This document shows, piece by piece, positions 4,170 through 5,099 of a stretch of 5,099 nt of DNA (its first letter is position 1; each line of letters starts with the position of its first letter). The position numbers and the translations under genes are program-made. Origin of the DNA: a virus; the IMG/VR virus record IMGVR_UViG_3300020041_000213, positions 1 to 5,099 of that record. The stretch is one strand, 5' to 3'. The notes beneath the pieces were generated by a model. That model was not told where the DNA came from, ran no database searches, and was given only the letters and a program-made list of their open reading frames with translations.

Positions 4170-4793
4170 ATGGTTTATGGTATCCTTATCTTTTGCATTT
4201 GCTGGCTTTTTGTATATATCGATAATTATTGCAAAAACCCCTACAAACTTGAAGCTGTTGTTGGTTCGAAAGGCTCTGGCAAGTCTCTGTATATGTCTCG
4301 TGTTGCTGATAAGTGGCTTCGTTCTAATAAGGGGCTTATCTATAGTAATATGGGTATTGGTTATGAGTTAGAGCCGGAATACTGGAAACAGACTTTTCTC
4401 CCTGATTCCCTCATCCTCATAGATGAAATTGGCGTTTTGCACTCTAACCGGGATTTCAAGACTATGCCCCGTGAAGCAGTTGAGTTTTTCAAGATGCAGC
4501 GCAAGTATCACTTGACAATTATTGTATCGTCTCAGACCATGGACTTTGATAAAAAGATTCGTGATCTCTGCGATCGCATTTACCTCTGTAACCGCGTTGG
4601 TTGGTTCTGCCGCCTTACTCCCTATCGCTCCTGCATTGCCATGGAACATCGCCCCGAGGGAGGACAAGAGCTCGTCAATACGGTGCGTAAGGCGGGCAGG
4701 GCAAAATGGTATACCATCCCTAAGGCCGTGAAGCAGGTAAGCGCCTTAGAATACGATACAGAGCAGGTTATCAGCAAGACCCCCTCGAGATAA
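4170..4793 (+). CDS. Zot / pI-like morphogenesis P-loop ATPase, short form (207 aa) with an N-terminal TM helix
   Basis: Walker A GSKGSGKS (nt 4263-4286), Walker B LILIDE, and a Zot-type TIIVSSQ motif. AAAGG (4155-4159) lies 10 nt upstream of ATG 4170. In-frame ATGs at 4149 and 4152 are alternatives. The TTG 4125 in the ORF track lies in the terminator loop. Confidence 0.8.
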   Translation: MVYGILIFCICWLFVYIDNYCKNPYKLEAVVGSKGSGKSLYMSRVADKWLRSNKGLIYSNMGIGYELEPEYWKQTFLPDSLILIDEIGVLHSNRDFKTMPREAVEFFKMQRKYHLTIIVSSQTMDFDKKIRDLCDRIYLCNRVGWFCRLTPYRSCIAMEHRPEGGQELVNTVRKAGRAKWYTIPKAVKQVSALEYDTEQVISKTPSR

Positions 4794-4849
4794 AAACTTC
4801 CCCCCCCCCGTGCCCTTTAGGGTCAGGGGGGTTGTTTTTATTTCTGTTG
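4792..4849 (+). terminator. Long imperfect hairpin with C10/G6 tracts and a T-rich tail; likely terminator at the end of the gene array
   Basis: AAAAAC (4792-4797) pairs with GTTTTT (4834-4839). The C run 4800-4809 pairs with the G run 4826-4831. The inner stem is CCC-TTTA-GGG (4813-4822). TTGTTTTTATTTCTGTT follows. It begins at the Zot-like stop codon. Confidence 0.5.
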
Positions 4850-4915
4850 AGGAATTTCGCAGGCAGTTGCCACGTTTAGTCACGCGATAGCGTCTCCACC
4901 GCGGCCCCCGTCCCC

Positions 4916-4934
4916 GCAAGGGCAAAGCCCTTGC
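4916..4934. other. Perfect 8-bp hairpin in the GC-rich intergenic region (candidate ssDNA structural signal: minus-strand origin or packaging)
   Basis: GCAAGGGC (4916-4923), AAA, GCCCTTGC (4927-4934), directly followed by a second GCCCTT (4933-4938). Confidence 0.5.
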
Positions 4935-4978
4935 CCTTCCCAAAACAGGTTGGCAGGGGCTTTCGATACGTAGTGACT

Positions 4979-5099
4979 GCCGTGACGGCGGGAGCCGGTG
5001 GGCGTGCGTGTAATACGCCCACCTTTTTGCAATTTCCTCTTGACAGCTCCTTCATATTGTGGTAACTTTTAGCCATGGAAATGAAAGGTGGTTTTCTCA
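4979..5099. repeat. Right copy of the 121-nt terminal direct repeat (circular overlap)
   Basis: Identical to 1-121. It contains second copies of the origin-like hairpin, the promoter and the Rep leader motif, which are the same physical locus. Confidence 0.9.

Noticed and set aside
133-4731. Alternate-frame + strand ORFs (133-387, 904-1140, 1441-1623, 2498-2785, 4165-4371, 4522-4731)
   Set aside because: Their Leu/Phe/Ser-rich products are what off-frame translation of T-rich sequence yields. None has the AAAGG/GGGGG-plus-spacing start context. ORF 1441-1623 runs into the tRNA. Only 3434-3748 has a start context worth flagging, and it is listed as a low-interest finding.
450-5076. Remaining minus-strand ORFs in the track (450-1034, 703-912, 1251-1547, 1575-1826, 1639-1923, 2101-2346, 2757-3008, 2908-3351, 3424-3729, 4368-4667, 4746-4943, 4876-5076)
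   Set aside because: All are antisense to well-supported + strand genes, the tRNA or the structured IG. Their products are low-complexity, Arg/Lys/Ser-rich sequences typical of the complement of T-rich coding DNA. I saw no RBS motifs upstream.
1-5099. CRISPR arrays, toxin-antitoxin or other defence/anti-defence cassettes, integrase, secretin, transcriptional repressor
   Set aside because: I saw no spaced direct-repeat arrays. No ORF has recognisable motifs for these functions. The coding capacity is fully occupied by the replication, structural and assembly genes.

Overview
The window is a complete circular genome of about 4,978 bp: bases 1-121 are repeated exactly at 4979-5099. It looks like a very small filamentous-phage-like (Tubulavirales / inovirus-type) ssDNA element. 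All convincing genes lie on the + strand, which is visibly T-rich. In order they are: a Rep_trans/RstA-like rolling-circle initiator; a gene-V-like ssDNA-binding protein; a complete tRNA with anticodon CUG; a pIII-like protein with a signal peptide and C-terminal anchor; a translationally coupled chain of small hydrophobic proteins plus a 204-aa tail-anchored protein; a Pf3-like coat candidate followed by a strong intrinsic terminator; and a short Zot/pI-like assembly ATPase. A GC-rich, hairpin-dense intergenic region of about 310 nt (4794-4978 plus 1-122) carries a candidate origin hairpin, a terminator and a sigma70-type promoter. No secretin, integrase or repressor is visible. The main finding is the tRNA. 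Its anticodon and body are Gln-like, but its acceptor stem has the hallmarks of a bacterial initiator tRNA: a 1x72 mismatch with A72, G2:C71, C3:G70, G4:C69, A73, and an AU/GC/GC anticodon stem. Separately, the coat-like gene is preceded by the genome's conserved ribosome-binding motif, but a CAG codon (the codon this tRNA reads) sits exactly where the other genes have ATG. This suggests a phage-encoded orthogonal initiator tRNA that drives CAG-initiated translation. That is inference only. The conventional alternative is an ordinary elongator tRNA-Gln plus an ATG start at 3967.
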